A DNA stretch of 64,000 nt, taken from contig NW_024704744.1 in the NCBI RefSeq assembly GCF_018977255.1, forward strand, positions 496,001 to 560,000, read 5' to 3'. Of the stretch, positions 1 to 10,999 are shown piece by piece. Position 1 is the stretch's first letter; each line of letters begins with the position of its first letter. This DNA is from Callorhinchus milii (Eukaryota). A model generated the notes under the pieces. It did no database searches. It was not told the origin of the DNA and saw nothing but the letters and a program-made list of their open reading frames with translations. Position numbers and translations under genes: made by a program.

Positions 1-245
1 AGGAACTCCACTCTCATTTTCATCAATGTTCCAGGATCTTTAGCGTCCACCTGGACACTCACACATAGCACCTCAGTTTACGTCTCTTTTGAAGGACGGT
101 TTCTCTGACAATACAGTGCTCCCCCACCACTGCACTGGAGTGTGAGCTCATCTAATGTTTACTGCCTGGACTGTCCCTTTAAATCCTCAGACACTTTACA
201 ACCATCAAAGCAGTCCCTAACTTATTAATAACTTTTCCCTTAAAG

Positions 246-587
246 ATGCTGCTCCTCTCCTCGTTCAGTCCCCGACCCTGGAACGTGTCGCAGAGGGACA
301 CCCGGCCCGGTTACAGTGCTCCATGGAGAACGCCGACGTGAGCCGCACCGATGTACACTGGTACCGACAACTCCCGGGACAGCATAAGGAGTGGATTTTA
401 ACACATGATACAAATGGAAGGAAAACAGATCACGAAGATGTTAATCAGCGTCTCCAGCCGTCCAGAGTCACCTCCAATAACACCTACATTCTGACACTCA
501 GACGAGTGACAGTCAGTGACGCTGCCGTCTATCACTGCTGTGTGTGGGGAGATGTCTGTGGGAATGGGACCCGACTGAACGTAACCA
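246..587 (+). CDS. Ig V-set domain exon with germline-joined J-like segment (NKp30/CD28-CTLA4-like non-rearranging receptor)
   Basis: Acceptor ttttccct-taaAG at 244-245 and donor GTGAGT at 588 give a phase 1-1 exon. Translation AAPLLVQSPTLERVAEGHPARLQCSMENADVSRTDVHWYRQLPGQHKEWIL...LTLRRVTVSDAAVYHCCVWGDVCGNGTRLNVT has the B-strand Cys, WYRQ, DxAxYxC and a GNGTRL G-strand in one exon. No leader exon was found in the window. Confidence 0.9.
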
Positions 588-1057
588 GTGAGTAAACTTA
601 TACTGTGATTAGTCAGTAGTGAGACAGGGAGAGGAGGGGAGTGGAGACAAATCGTGAGTGGTGAGGGGACTGAGGGCTGATGGGAGGATCCAAGTGATGA
701 TATGGAGCTCTAACCCCATTCCATGCTCTCTCTGCTCATTTTGTCTGTGCTGGTGCTCACTCCCCACTGGAGCTCTCTCCCGTAAACTGCTTGTGTACCT
801 GGAGTAAAGTAATTTGCTGTGATGAACTCTCTCCCTCTACTTCGCTCTCTCATGTTCTCCTTATCTGACTTTAAATCACACTCAATAACCTACCTCATTG
901 ATTGTCCCTCTGGTCAATCCCTCCTGCCCATCACCTCCTCCTCTGTTGCTGGGCTTCCGATCCCATCTTTGTAAAGAGTTCTGAGATGTTACCTGATGTG
1001 AGGGAAGCTGTATAGATGATATTGTTGGTGATATTGTTGTCGCCTGATACTCCACAG

Positions 1058-1202
1058 AGCCACCTCCGGGAGATGGTCAGATGCGACATGTTGCTGTGAT
1101 TGTGGCAGTGTGCTGTCTGGTTCTTGTCCTGCTCTGCATCGCTGTCATCATCTTTAATGTGAAACCGTTGCTGTGTTTCAAAAAACAATCCAGAGAAAAT
1201 GG
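1058..1202 (+). CDS. Transmembrane exon of the V-J receptor
   Basis: Acceptor tccacAG (1056-57) and donor GTAAAT (1203), phase 1-2, matching the V exon. Reads KPPPGDGQMRH-VAVIVAVCCLVLVLLCIAVIIF-NVKPLLCFKKQSRENG: a 22-aa uncharged hydrophobic helix followed by a basic stop-transfer segment. Confidence 0.88.
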
Positions 1203-1349
1203 GTAAATATCACTTTTAAACGAAATGTTTTGTTGTATTATCTGAGTCAGTCAGACGTTGTGGCTCATCTGTGACGTTCAGGACCAGGCAGTGAGATTTT
1301 GATAAACAGAGGAAGTGGCTGCAGATAGGGAGGGCTCTGGCTACACCGT

Positions 1350-1556
1350 GTGTCAGCCTGGCTCAGTGGTACTATTCCCGCTTCATAGAGAAGGTTGTGG
1401 GGTCAATCCCCATTTTGGAACTCATAATGTTTAAGCAGACATTCCAGTGCAGTGCTGGGGGTGTGTTCCATTGATGGAGGTGCTGTCCTTTAGATGAAAT
1501 GTTAAACTGAGGCCCTGTCTACGTGTTCAGGTGATGTTAAAGATCTTATGGCACAG
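1350..1556 (+). mobile_element. Deu-domain (SacSINE1/AmnSINE-like) SINE fragment; relatives at about 1-165 (-), 56620-57000 (+), 61205-61410 (-), 62665-63085 (+)
   Basis: tRNA-like head (tcagcctggctcagtggt...ggttgtggggtcaatccc), then ccagtgcagtgctg...ggaggtgctgtcctttagatgaaatgttaaactgaggccctgtct...aaagatc. This resembles the Deu core as I recall it. Confidence 0.65.
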
Positions 1557-1928
1557 GATCATAAGATTGGTCTGGATGAAGAAGGCCCTTCGGCTCATCT
1601 GATCTTCTCCCTCCAGAACCCCACCCTCCTGTTTCCATCACTGCAATAAGATGTTTTTAAAAGTGATCAGTGTCATGGCTTCTGCTACCTTTAATGGCAA
1701 CCTGTTTCAGATATTGGTCACTCTGCATAAAGAATAACTTCCTGGTATCTGTCTTGAAATTGCGCTTTGCAACTCTAAACTATGTCCTCTTGTTCTACTG
1801 TCATGAGAGGTAAGCAAGAAGTTATGCTAAACCTTTACAAATCACTGGTTTAGCCCTCAGCTGGAATACTGGGAACCACATTTCAACAACAACAACAGGA
1901 TTCCTGTGTAGTTTTCATGTAACCGATT

Positions 1929-2349
1929 GTGTGTTTGGGTGTTGTGGGAGGTCAAGGCTGTGCGTTTAGATGTTGTGGGAGGTCTAGGCTGTGTGATTGG
2001 GTGTTATGGAAGGTCTAGGCTGTGTGTTTGGGTGTTGTGAGAGGTCTAGGCTGTGTGTTTGGATGTTGTGAGAGGTCTAGGCTGTGTGTTTGGGTGTTAT
2101 GGAAGGTATAGGCTGTGTGTTTGGGTGTTGTGAGAGGTCTAGGCTGTGTGTTTGGGTGTTGTGGGAGGTCTAGGCTGTGTGTTTGGGTGTTGTGAGAGGT
2201 CTAGGCTGTGTGTTTGGGTGTTGTGAGAGGTCTAGGCTGTGTGTTTGGGTGTTGTGAGAGGTCTAGGCTGTGTGTTTGGGTGTTGTGAGAGGTCTAGGCT
2301 GTGTGTTTGGGTGTTGTGAGAGGTCTAGGCTGTGTGTTTGGGTGTTGTG
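1929..2349. repeat. 31-bp minisatellite, about 13 copies
   Basis: Unit gtgtgtttgggtgttgtgagaggtctaggct; ggtctaggct recurs at 1981 and 2012 (period 31). Confidence 0.95.
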
Positions 2350-2455
2350 GGTCCAAAGCCACCCCTATTGTGCAGTAGAACTGAATGTCACGTTGCATCA
2401 CTCTATGAAATATGACCTGGAATGTCAGAGTTTTAACCTTGTGTCTCTTTATCAG

Positions 2456-2584
2456 GAGTCTGGCTGAACAGCCATGTAATTCACTGAGGATCCCTGATGG
2501 AGACGCCGTGTGTGCAGAAGTCAATGTTTCACTGTGACACACGCCAGCGACAGTGAACTACACGTCTCCGGCAACAATCACAAG
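2456..2584 (+). pseudogene. Probable cytoplasmic exon 1 of the V-J receptor, disrupted
   Basis: Acceptor gtgtctctttatcAG (2454-55); the phase-2 start matches the TM exon. Reads SLAEQPCNSLRIPDGDAVCAEVNVSL then TGA at 2535-37. A shifted frame (THASDSELHVSGNNHK) ends phase 0 at AAG|GTTCAG (2584), matching the last exon. The donor is weak. Confidence 0.5.
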
Positions 2585-2624
2585 GTTCAGGATATGATCT
2601 GCCCCTCGTGGGTCAACAACAACA

Positions 2625-3885
2625 ATAACAAGATTATATTTGTGTAGCGCCTTTCACGTCGGGAGGACTTCCCAAGGTGCTGGACAGTGTACAGCATTTC
2701 AGACCCGAGCTGGGGTCAGTGGGGGGGAAGGGAGGGGAGGGGAAGGGGGGTGGTCGATGGCATGGTCGAAGAGGACGATCTTGAGGCGGGACTTGAAGGA
2801 GGCTAAGGAGGGGGCGAGGCAGAGTAACTGGGGGATGGAATTCCAGAGATTGGGGGCGGAGTGGCTGAAGGCTCTCCCGCCAATGGTGGGGCGGTTGGGT
2901 TTGGGGATGTGGAGCAGCCAGAGCCGGCTGAGCGGAGGGAGCAAGCGGGTTGGTAGGGAGTTAGGTGTTCGCAGAGGTAGGTAGGGTGGGGCGAGGCCAT
3001 GAAGGGCTTTGTATGTGAGGACCAGGATCTTGAACTGGATCCTCTGAAGGATAGGGATCCAGTGGAGTTGGGCGATAGTGGGTGAGATGGGGTCACAGAG
3101 TTTGGTGCGGGAGAGGACACGGATCCAGAATTCTGGTTTATCTGCAGCCTGCGGAGGGAGAATTTGGGAAGGCCGACAAGCAGGGCGTTCACATAGTCCA
3201 GCCTGGAGGTGATGAAGGTATGAACAAGAGTTTCACGACCTGAGGGGTGAGTTAGTGGCGGAGTCGGGCGATGTTACGGAGGTGAGGGAAGGCAGAGCGG
3301 GTCATAGCTTGGAAGTGGGGAAGAAAAGACAGTTGAGGGTCGAACAAGACACCTCGGTTCCTGACTGACGGTGAGTTGTAGTGTACACCATGGAGGGTGA
3401 TGCTCCCAGAGCCTGAGGTGCGGAGGCGCTGGTGTGAGCCAATCAGGAGGGCCTCAGTCTTGTTCACATTCAACTGTAGGAAATTTGCGCTCATCCAGGA
3501 CTTGATGTCCAACAGACAGTCTGTCAGGACAGCAGTGGGTCTGGAGTTGAGGGTGGGGGCAGACAGACAGTCTGTCAGGACAGCAGTGGGTCTGGAGTTG
3601 AGGGTGGGGGCAGACAGACAGTCTGTCAGGGCAGCAGAATTGGCTGAAGGGGAGGAAACAGAGCGTCTTTGTTTAGCGACAACAACAACAACAAGATTTC
3701 ATTTATAGAGCGCCTTTCACGTCGGGAGGACGTCCCAAGGCACTAGACAGTTGGGTCAGGACCCGAGCAGTGGGGAAATGGTCAGGGTGAGGGGAGGGAA
3801 GGGAGGGAGCGAGAAGGGGGTAGAGAATCGAGAGGGGAGCTGAAGGTACGGTCAAAGAGAAAGGTCTCGAGACCGTCCTTGAAGG
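2625..3885 (-). mobile_element. L2 LINE 3' fragments (two 3' ends)
   Basis: Minus ORFs [24 protein letters not shown] and [19 protein letters not shown]; tails gtgaaaggcgct...ttgttgttg near 2625-2680 and 3681-3740; internal ~48-bp duplication at about 3515-3630. Confidence 0.9.
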
Positions 3886-4687
3886 TCACAATGGGGAAAG
3901 GTTTAAGCAAGCAGGTGCCTCACAGTCACTTCAGTGTTAGTGATGAAGAAATAACCAGCATTGGAACTACCCACTCTGTCTCCCTATTCTGATAAAAGCC
4001 AAAGTATGGAATTGGGAACTGAGACAGAGGAACTGCAAACACTTATTTCTAGAATATTGGATTCTACTCTAAAAACTGGTTATTACTGAGTCAGGGACTC
4101 ATTGTGGACAATAGACAGTATCCTGGCTGCTCAGTCAGATTTATACATAGTTTCACATGAATACAATATGCAAAAGGCAGTATTAGGTTTAAATTAGAGT
4201 ACCTCATCGTGTTTTTTTTGGTCAGCCAGGTGTCTGACACGTGAAGAAACCCACCACCATGCTTAAGAGTCGCCAAACCAAACTGAGAATTCCATGCATC
4301 CCATCTCCACGTGGAAAATTCAGAAATAGATTGTTAGAATGGAATGTGCACTCAAAATATTAGGCGCAGGTTTCAAGAGCCAAGGCTTGGGGACCGCAGA
4401 ATGTGCGTTGGGATAACTGCTGGAGTCTCACAGCTAAACCCACACGGCTTGGCATCAATAGCACTATCTAGTAAGCTTTCCTGCTGCTTATCCAACTAGG
4501 ACCACCCTACCCTTTCTGGCTTTGCCTGAAGGGTATATGGGAGCTGAGTGTGAAGAGTTCCTGCCCCCAGTGACTGATCAAATGGGTCGAAAGGTTTTCA
4601 TCCAAACTAAGCTTGCGCTCCCTGTGACAGCTTCTTGTGATGAACTGTTCACCCACGTTAATAACTGCAGTTTCTCTTGTCCTTCAG

Positions 4688-4807
4688 GCGGGTGAAGAGG
4701 AAATTCATTAGTCTCAGCTCTATTTCTCCAAAAAAGTCACAAATTCACCATCACTGACTGTGACCGACAGCACCACAGAATACGCCACCGTGCGATGCAA
4801 GAAGTGA
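4688..4807 (+). pseudogene. Terminal cytoplasmic exon with ITIM (Tyr codon is TAG) and ITSM
   Basis: Acceptor tttctcttgtccttcAG (4686-87). Phase 0 reads AGEEEIH*SQLYFSKKVTNSPSLTVTDSTTEYATVRCKK*. IH(Y)SQL fits the ITIM consensus with TAG at 4709-11; TEYATV fits the ITSM consensus TxYxxV; stop at 4805-07. Confidence 0.75.
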
Positions 4808-5469
4808 TTGTGGACTCCGCGGTAAGATGTTTGGTGGGCGGGCCTTTAGCCGCTCTGCCCCACCCTCTGGAACTCCATCCCGCAGTCCCTCCGCCTCGCC
4901 ACTTCCCTTGCCTCCTTCAAGACCCGTCTCAAGACCCTCTTCGACCATGCCTTTGATCACTCTCTTTCTCCCCCCTAGGGTTAATTTACACATGTACGTG
5001 AATAACACCCAAATCTACTTTCTTTCCCCTTGTCACCATCTCATGTCCTCCTGCTTGCCATGAGCTGCTCCAATAGAAACGTTTCTGGCCTCTCGCTGTT
5101 TACCTGACATCACTGTGTGCCGGGCAGCTCCGGACACGCATGTGCGGTGTGGGGCAAGCAGCAAACGGGCTTCACTCAGAGGCTCTGCCGTGTGACTCTC
5201 TGTGTCTCTCTGTGGGTGTGTCTCTGTTTGTTTGTGAGTATCTATGTGAGTGTGTGTGAGTCTCTCTTTGTGTTTGTGAGTGTCTATGGTTGTGTGTGTG
5301 TGTCTCTCTCTCTCTCTCTGTGAATGTCTACAGTGTGTCTCTCCCTCTCTGTATTTCTGAGTGTCTAAGTGGGTTTGTCTCTATCTCTCTGTGTGTTTGT
5401 GAGTGTCTATGTGAGTGCCTCTCTCCTTTGTATTTGTTTCTGTGTTTATGAGTGTCTGTGTGGGAATAT

Positions 5470-6500
5470 AACTGTTTCTGTCCTTGGTCCCCTCCTCTTC
5501 AACATCTATATGCTCCTTCTTGGTGACATCATCTGCAGACATGGGGTCAACTCCCACATGTATGCGGACAACAGACAACTCTCCCTCTCTGCCTCCACCC
5601 TTGACTCCAGGACCCACTGCTGTCCTGACACAATGTCTGTCACACGTCAAGTCCTGGATGAGAGCCAACTTTCTCCAGTTGGATATCAACAAGACCGAGG
5701 CTCCTGATTGACTCGTGTCAACGCCTCCTCATATCAGGCGCTGACAATATCGCCATCCATGGTTGCACACTCCACCTTGCTAAGCCAGTCCGGAACCTTA
5801 GCATCTTGTTTCACCCTCAACTATACTTTCTACCCCACATCTGTGCCATGACCCACTCTGCCTTCCTCCACCTTACACCAAAGGCGACCAAAACCCTCAT
5901 ACATGCATTTCATTGCAACGAGGCTTGACTATGCAAACTCATAGTTTGTCGGCCTCCCAACTCCTCTCTCCACAAGCTGCAGATCATTCAGAACTCTGCA
6001 GCCCGTGTCCTCTCCCACACCAGGCTCCGTGACCCTATCACCCCCATCCTCGCCCAACTCCACTGCTTCCCATCACACAGAGGATACAGTTCAAGATCCT
6101 AGTTCTCACCTTCAAAGCCCTCCATAGTCTTGCTCCCCCCTACCTCTGCAACCTGCTAAACCCCTACCATCTTTCTTACTCCTACCTCTCCGAGAGCTCC
6201 GGCCTGCTTCACATCCCCCACCATGCTTCCCGCACTATTGGCGGGCAGACCTTCTGTCACTCTGCCCTCACCCTCTGGAACTCCATCCCACAGTCCCTCC
6301 ACCTCACCCCCTCCCTTACCTCCTACAAGACCATCTCAAGTATCTGCTTTAACTGTGCTTTTGATCTTCCTGCTTCCTTATTGCCCTCCACCCTTCCAGA
6401 TCCCAACCCCCAGCTTGGATCCAAAACTCTGTCTGTCCAGCACCTTGGGATGTCCTCCCGACTTGAAAGTCGCTATACAAATGTAATTTTGTTGTTCTCT
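5470..6500 (+). mobile_element. L2 LINE RT C-terminal part and 3' UTR, degenerate
   Basis: [35 protein letters not shown] and [19 protein letters not shown]. Confidence 0.9.
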
Positions 6501-6679
6501 CTCCTTTTCCTGTGTGTGACAGTGTGTGTGAGTGCCTGTGTGAGCATCAGTGTGGGAGCGAATGTTGTACTGGGAATGTGTGTATCTCTTCAACTCAAAG
6601 ATTGAAAACATCCACTTGGCTGCATCGTCTGCACCCTCCCACCACCCCCAACCCCATGTGCACTTCAACCCCACCCAGA

Positions 6680-7570
6680 CCAGACTTTATCATGGTAAAT
6701 GATAAGGAGTACAGTAGCAGCCTGAAAAGGACATAGACAGACTGGTAACATGGGCAGACACGGGGCAGATGCAGTTTAATGTGGAGAAATGCAAAGTGAT
6801 GCATTTTGAGAGGAAGAATGAGGAGAGGCAATATAAGCTGATGGTACAGTCTTAAAGGGGGTGAAGGAACAGAGAGACCTGGGGGTCATATAAGGAAATT
6901 GTTGAAGGTGACAGGACAGGAAGATAAAGCTATTAAAAAAGCATCCGGGATACAAGGCTTTATAAATAGGGGCACAGAGTACACAAGTCAGGAAGTTATG
7001 ATGAACCTTTATATAAAATACTGGTGAGGCCTCAGCTCGAGACTGGGTTCAGGTCTGGGCCTCACACGTTAGGAAGGATGTGAAGGCATTGGAGTGGGAG
7101 CAAAGGAGATTGACCAGGATGGCACCAGGAATGAGGGACCTCAGTTATCAGGAGAGGCGAGAGAAGTGAGCATTATTCTCCTTGGAGCAGAGAAGGTTAC
7201 GAGGAGATTTAATGAAAGTTTTCAAAATGATGAGGGGATTTGATCGGGTGAACAGGAGAAACTATCTCCACTGGTGGGTGGGTCGGTAACCCGAGGACAC
7301 TGATTTAATATAGTTGTTAAAATAAACAGAGGGGAGGGGAAGAGAAATGTTTTCACCCAACAAGTTGTTGGGATCTGGAATGCATTACCTGAAAGGCTGG
7401 TGGAAACCGATTCGGTAACAACTTTTAAGAGAGAAGCAGATAATAATTTGGGGAGGCTATGGGGAGAGCGCAGGGCGAGTGGGGGTTGATTTGGAAGCTC
7501 TTTTCAAAGAGCCAGCACAGGCACAATGGGCCAATTGGCCTCCTTCTGTGCTGTATAATTCTATGCTTCT
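6680..7570 (+). mobile_element. CR1 LINE 3' fragment
   Basis: gcagatgcagtttaatgtggagaaatgcaaagtgatgcattttg (QMQFNVEKCKVMHF), gagcagagaaggttacgaggagattt, and a ggccaattggcctccttctgtgctgt tail. Confidence 0.85.
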
Positions 7571-7719
7571 ATGAAGTGTGCCAGAGTTTACATTAATGTC
7601 GACACAGACGGTAAGTTCTTAGTGTTAATGTGCGCAGAAGGACCAGGACTTGAGAGCCAGATCAGACACGATGGGCCGAATGGCCTCCTTCTGTGCTGCA
7701 TAATTCAAAGATTCTACAA

Positions 7720-8940
7720 CGCCTTCTCCCACCGCAACGGTAACTGCCCCTCCTTACACTCCTTTGCCCCATTTCTCCCTCCCTCCCTCCCTCCCTCCCA
7801 CAATCACCCAGATGAAGTTCACCACCTGCTACCTTGACTCCTTCCCCTCCTAGTTGCTGGTCACTTGACTCTAACTCCTCGTCCTCCTGGATCTATCTGC
7901 CACATTCGAGACAGTCGACCATGCCATCATTCTCCAGCGCCTCTCCTAATCCACCTTAGTGGGCCCGCACTCACATGGTTCAAGTCCTACTTGACCAACC
8001 GCCTCAACTTCATCTCGGCAAATGGCTTTTGTTCCCACCCCCGTCTGGTCACCTGTGGCGTAGCCCAGGGCTCCATCCTTGGCCCTCTTCTTTTCCTTAT
8101 CTATATGCTCCCTCTTAGCGATATTATCCACAGACACAGGGTAAACTTCCACATGTATGAGGATGACTCACAAATCTACTTTGCCTCCTCCAGTACCAAC
8201 TCCAGGTCCACCGATGTTCTATCAGCTTGTCAGTAAATTTCCTGCAGCTGAATATGGACAAGACGGAAGCCGTACTCCTTGGCTCCCATCAACGTCTTCA
8301 CTTCTGAGGATCTCAACTCCTCAACCTCCCTGGGCTCTCCCTCAGACTCACCGAACCAGTACGCAATCTCGGCAATCTCTGGTTCGACCCCCAGCTCCCA
8401 GCTGTCCTTCCTCCCCCACATCCGGTCCCTGACCAGGACAGCCTCCCTCCACCTCCACCACATTTCCTGCCTCCGACCGTAACTTACCCCAAATACAGAG
8501 TTCGTCACCTCCCACCTGGATTACTCCAATGCACACCTCACCGGTCTCCCCACCTTCACTTCAAAAGGTCAGCTCATTCAGAACTCTGCCACCCGCATAC
8601 TTACCTAGAACAAACTCCGTACCCCCATCTCACCACTTCTGGCCCAGGCTCCACTGACTCCCCATCGTAGAACGGATGGGGTCTTCACATTCGTGTTCAC
8701 ATCCCTTCACTACCTGGCACCTCTCTGGCCTCCTCACTCCTGAATCCAGCACTCGACTGGCACCCGTCTCTCGCACCCTGCGCTCCACCATTGGAGGGCC
8801 CCAAAACTGTGGAACACTCTCCCTCAATGCCCCGGCATTGCCCCCACATTGCCCCCTTTTCAAGTCCCACATGAAAACCTTCCTTTTCGACTGTGCTTGG
8901 AGTCAGGCTGTGCTACTGCTAAGTGCTCTTAGACGCTACC
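7720..8940 (+). mobile_element. L2 LINE RT fragment, degenerate
   Basis: ALTWFKSYLTNR...VTCGVAQGSILGPLLFLIYMLPLSDIIHRHRVNFHMYEDDSQIY. Confidence 0.9.
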
Positions 8941-9504
8941 CTGCATGGAGGCCGTTATGTATAAGTGCAAGTTGTTTTGTGTCTGTGTATGTATGTATCT
9001 CTGTGTCTGAGTGTGTGTCTCCATCTATGTCTGTGTATGTGTGTATTTCTGTGTCTGTGAGTGTGCGTCTCCCTCTATGTCTGTGTATGTGTGTATCTCT
9101 GTGTCTGAGTGTGTGTTTGCCTCTGTGTCTGAGAGGGTATATCACTATGTCTCATTGTGTGTATCTCTGTATCTCTGAGTATGTGTATCTCTGTGTCTTT
9201 GAGTGTGTGTGTGTATGTCACTCTCTATGTCTGTGTGTGTCTGTGTGTGTCTTTCTCTCTCTCTGGCTATGTGCAGTGCTGGGATCTGAGAGGCAGGTGA
9301 TGGTGAGCCACCTAGTTTTTGTTAAAGAAGCAATAAATATTTTTTTACAATAAACTAATGTGTTATTTCTTCATGTTTTATTTTTATCAACGAAGTGAAA
9401 CAATGTAGGTTGGCAGTAAAATGTTCTTTATAGACCAATCAAACCCCTGCAGGATTTTCCAAATCTCCCCGCAATTGTGGGCAAATATTTCCGCATTTTT
9501 CTAT

Positions 9505-9790
9505 TGGCGCAGGTCATGAGGAAACCTGGGTTCAATTCCCGGCAGGGCGAAACCTTGGGCAAATTTCCTTACTCCACACTTAATAATAATCCCTCCAAGA
9601 CAAAAAACAATAATAAATTGGTCATTTTCAATCCACGACTGTTTGTGGGACGCTGCTGTGCGCAATTGGCTGCCGCGTTCGCCCACAAATATACAGTCAA
9701 TTCACTTTGAAGTATATTCTGTGAAGCACTTTGAGACGTTGAGAAGACGTGAAAAGCACTATATCAAATGCAAGGATTATTATTGTATTT
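9505..9790 (+). mobile_element. tRNA-derived SINE with L2-like tail
   Basis: B-box-like gggttcaattccc, central gcgaaaccttgggcaa...gtttgtgggac.ctgctgtgcgcaattggctgccgcgttcgcccacaaat, and tail gtgaaaagcactatatcaaatgcaaggattattatt. Confidence 0.85.
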
Positions 9791-10189
9791 ATAAACCCAC
9801 CACCAAGCTTACAATTATCCAAAGCGAGATGAGATTTCCACACATCCCAATACATGGAAATTCCAGAGATAATAATAATAATAATCTTTGCATTTGATAT
9901 AGCGCCTTATCACATCTTCGAGGCATCTCAAAGTGCTTTGCAGGAAGTACTGTAAGGTGAATTGACTGCATATTTTGTGGATGAAACGCAGGAGCCATTT
10001 GCCTACAGTAGTGTCCCGCAAAGAGTCATGATTGAGTGACCAATTTTTTTTTTTTTTTGAAGGATTTATTATTAATTATTAATAATTTATTAAGTGATCC
10101 ACCAATCGACTAACAACCGAGTTCCTACTTACTGCTGAGTAAACACAGGATTGTTGAAATAGAATGCACACTCGCTCCCTGGAGGGACA

Positions 10190-10590
10190 CGTTCTCTTTA
10201 CCTAATTCTGGAAAGTATTAGGCGCAAGTTGGCCAGAGCAAAGGCTGGGGAAACCCAGAGGGTGCAATGGGGTACTGCTGGTCTTGAGCCACTAAAATCA
10301 CATAGCTTGTCATTGATATCACTGTCTGGCAAACTTTCCGGCTGCTTGTCTAGCGAGGCCCACACAACCCTTTCGCTTGCAGAGTTAACAGGAGCTGAGA
10401 GGGACGACTCCCTGCCCCCAGTGACTGGACTGCCCTTCCAAGTCCTGCCAATGAGCCAGGCTGACTGTGCTGTCTTCAGCAGTGGCCTGGAATACTGCAG
10501 ACCTGTCTGGCTCAGGAACCGGAGAAACGAGACCATCACGGAGGGTTGGCTCGAATCCGATATTCCGTTGCAGGCCTGTCACTTTTGAGC
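10190..10590 (-). mobile_element. 3' UTR fragment of a CCHC-bearing LINE family (cognate to 39500-39700)
   Basis: Shares gttaacaggagctgagag, cagtgactgg...cccttcca, gagccaggctg and cctggaatactg...ctcaggaac with copies at about 4330-4590, 34750-34890, 40380-40720, 46560-46640 and 47060-47230. The 39500-39700 copy is in the opposite orientation. Confidence 0.6.
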
Positions 10591-10999
10591 CAGTACAGGT
10601 CTAAGGAGAACCCGATTGCCTCCCACCCAAGAAGGGTAAAGAGTGGGATTAGATTGTGGGGAGTGAGTGGAGAGTAAGGTTTGACTGGAAGAGTGACAAG
10701 AAAGACGGGTTAGAATGGGAGAGTGAGGGGAGAGTGGGGTTAGACTGTGAGGGGGGAGTGAGGTTAGACTGGGGAAGAGTGGGGTTAGACTGGGAGGAGT
10801 GAGGGGAGAGTGGGGTTAGACTGGGGGGGAGTAAAGGGGAGAGTGTGGTTAGACTGGGGGGGGGGGGGGAGTGTGGCGAGAGTTTGGTTAGACTGCGGGA
10901 GTGAGTGGAGAGTGGGGTTTCCTGAGCTGCTCATGTGGAGAGAAACATCAGTGTGAAGGTAGAACGATGAGATTGACGCAGAAGCCATTCAGCCCATCG

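Noticed and set aside
588-1057. Recombination signal sequences next to the V domain
   Set aside because: I saw no CACAGTG heptamer with a spaced nonamer; V and J-like parts are already fused in one exon.
8676-9353. 225-aa ORF with a hydrophobic Cys/Val-rich tail
   Set aside because: It is an L2 remnant read into a (TG/TC)n microsatellite.
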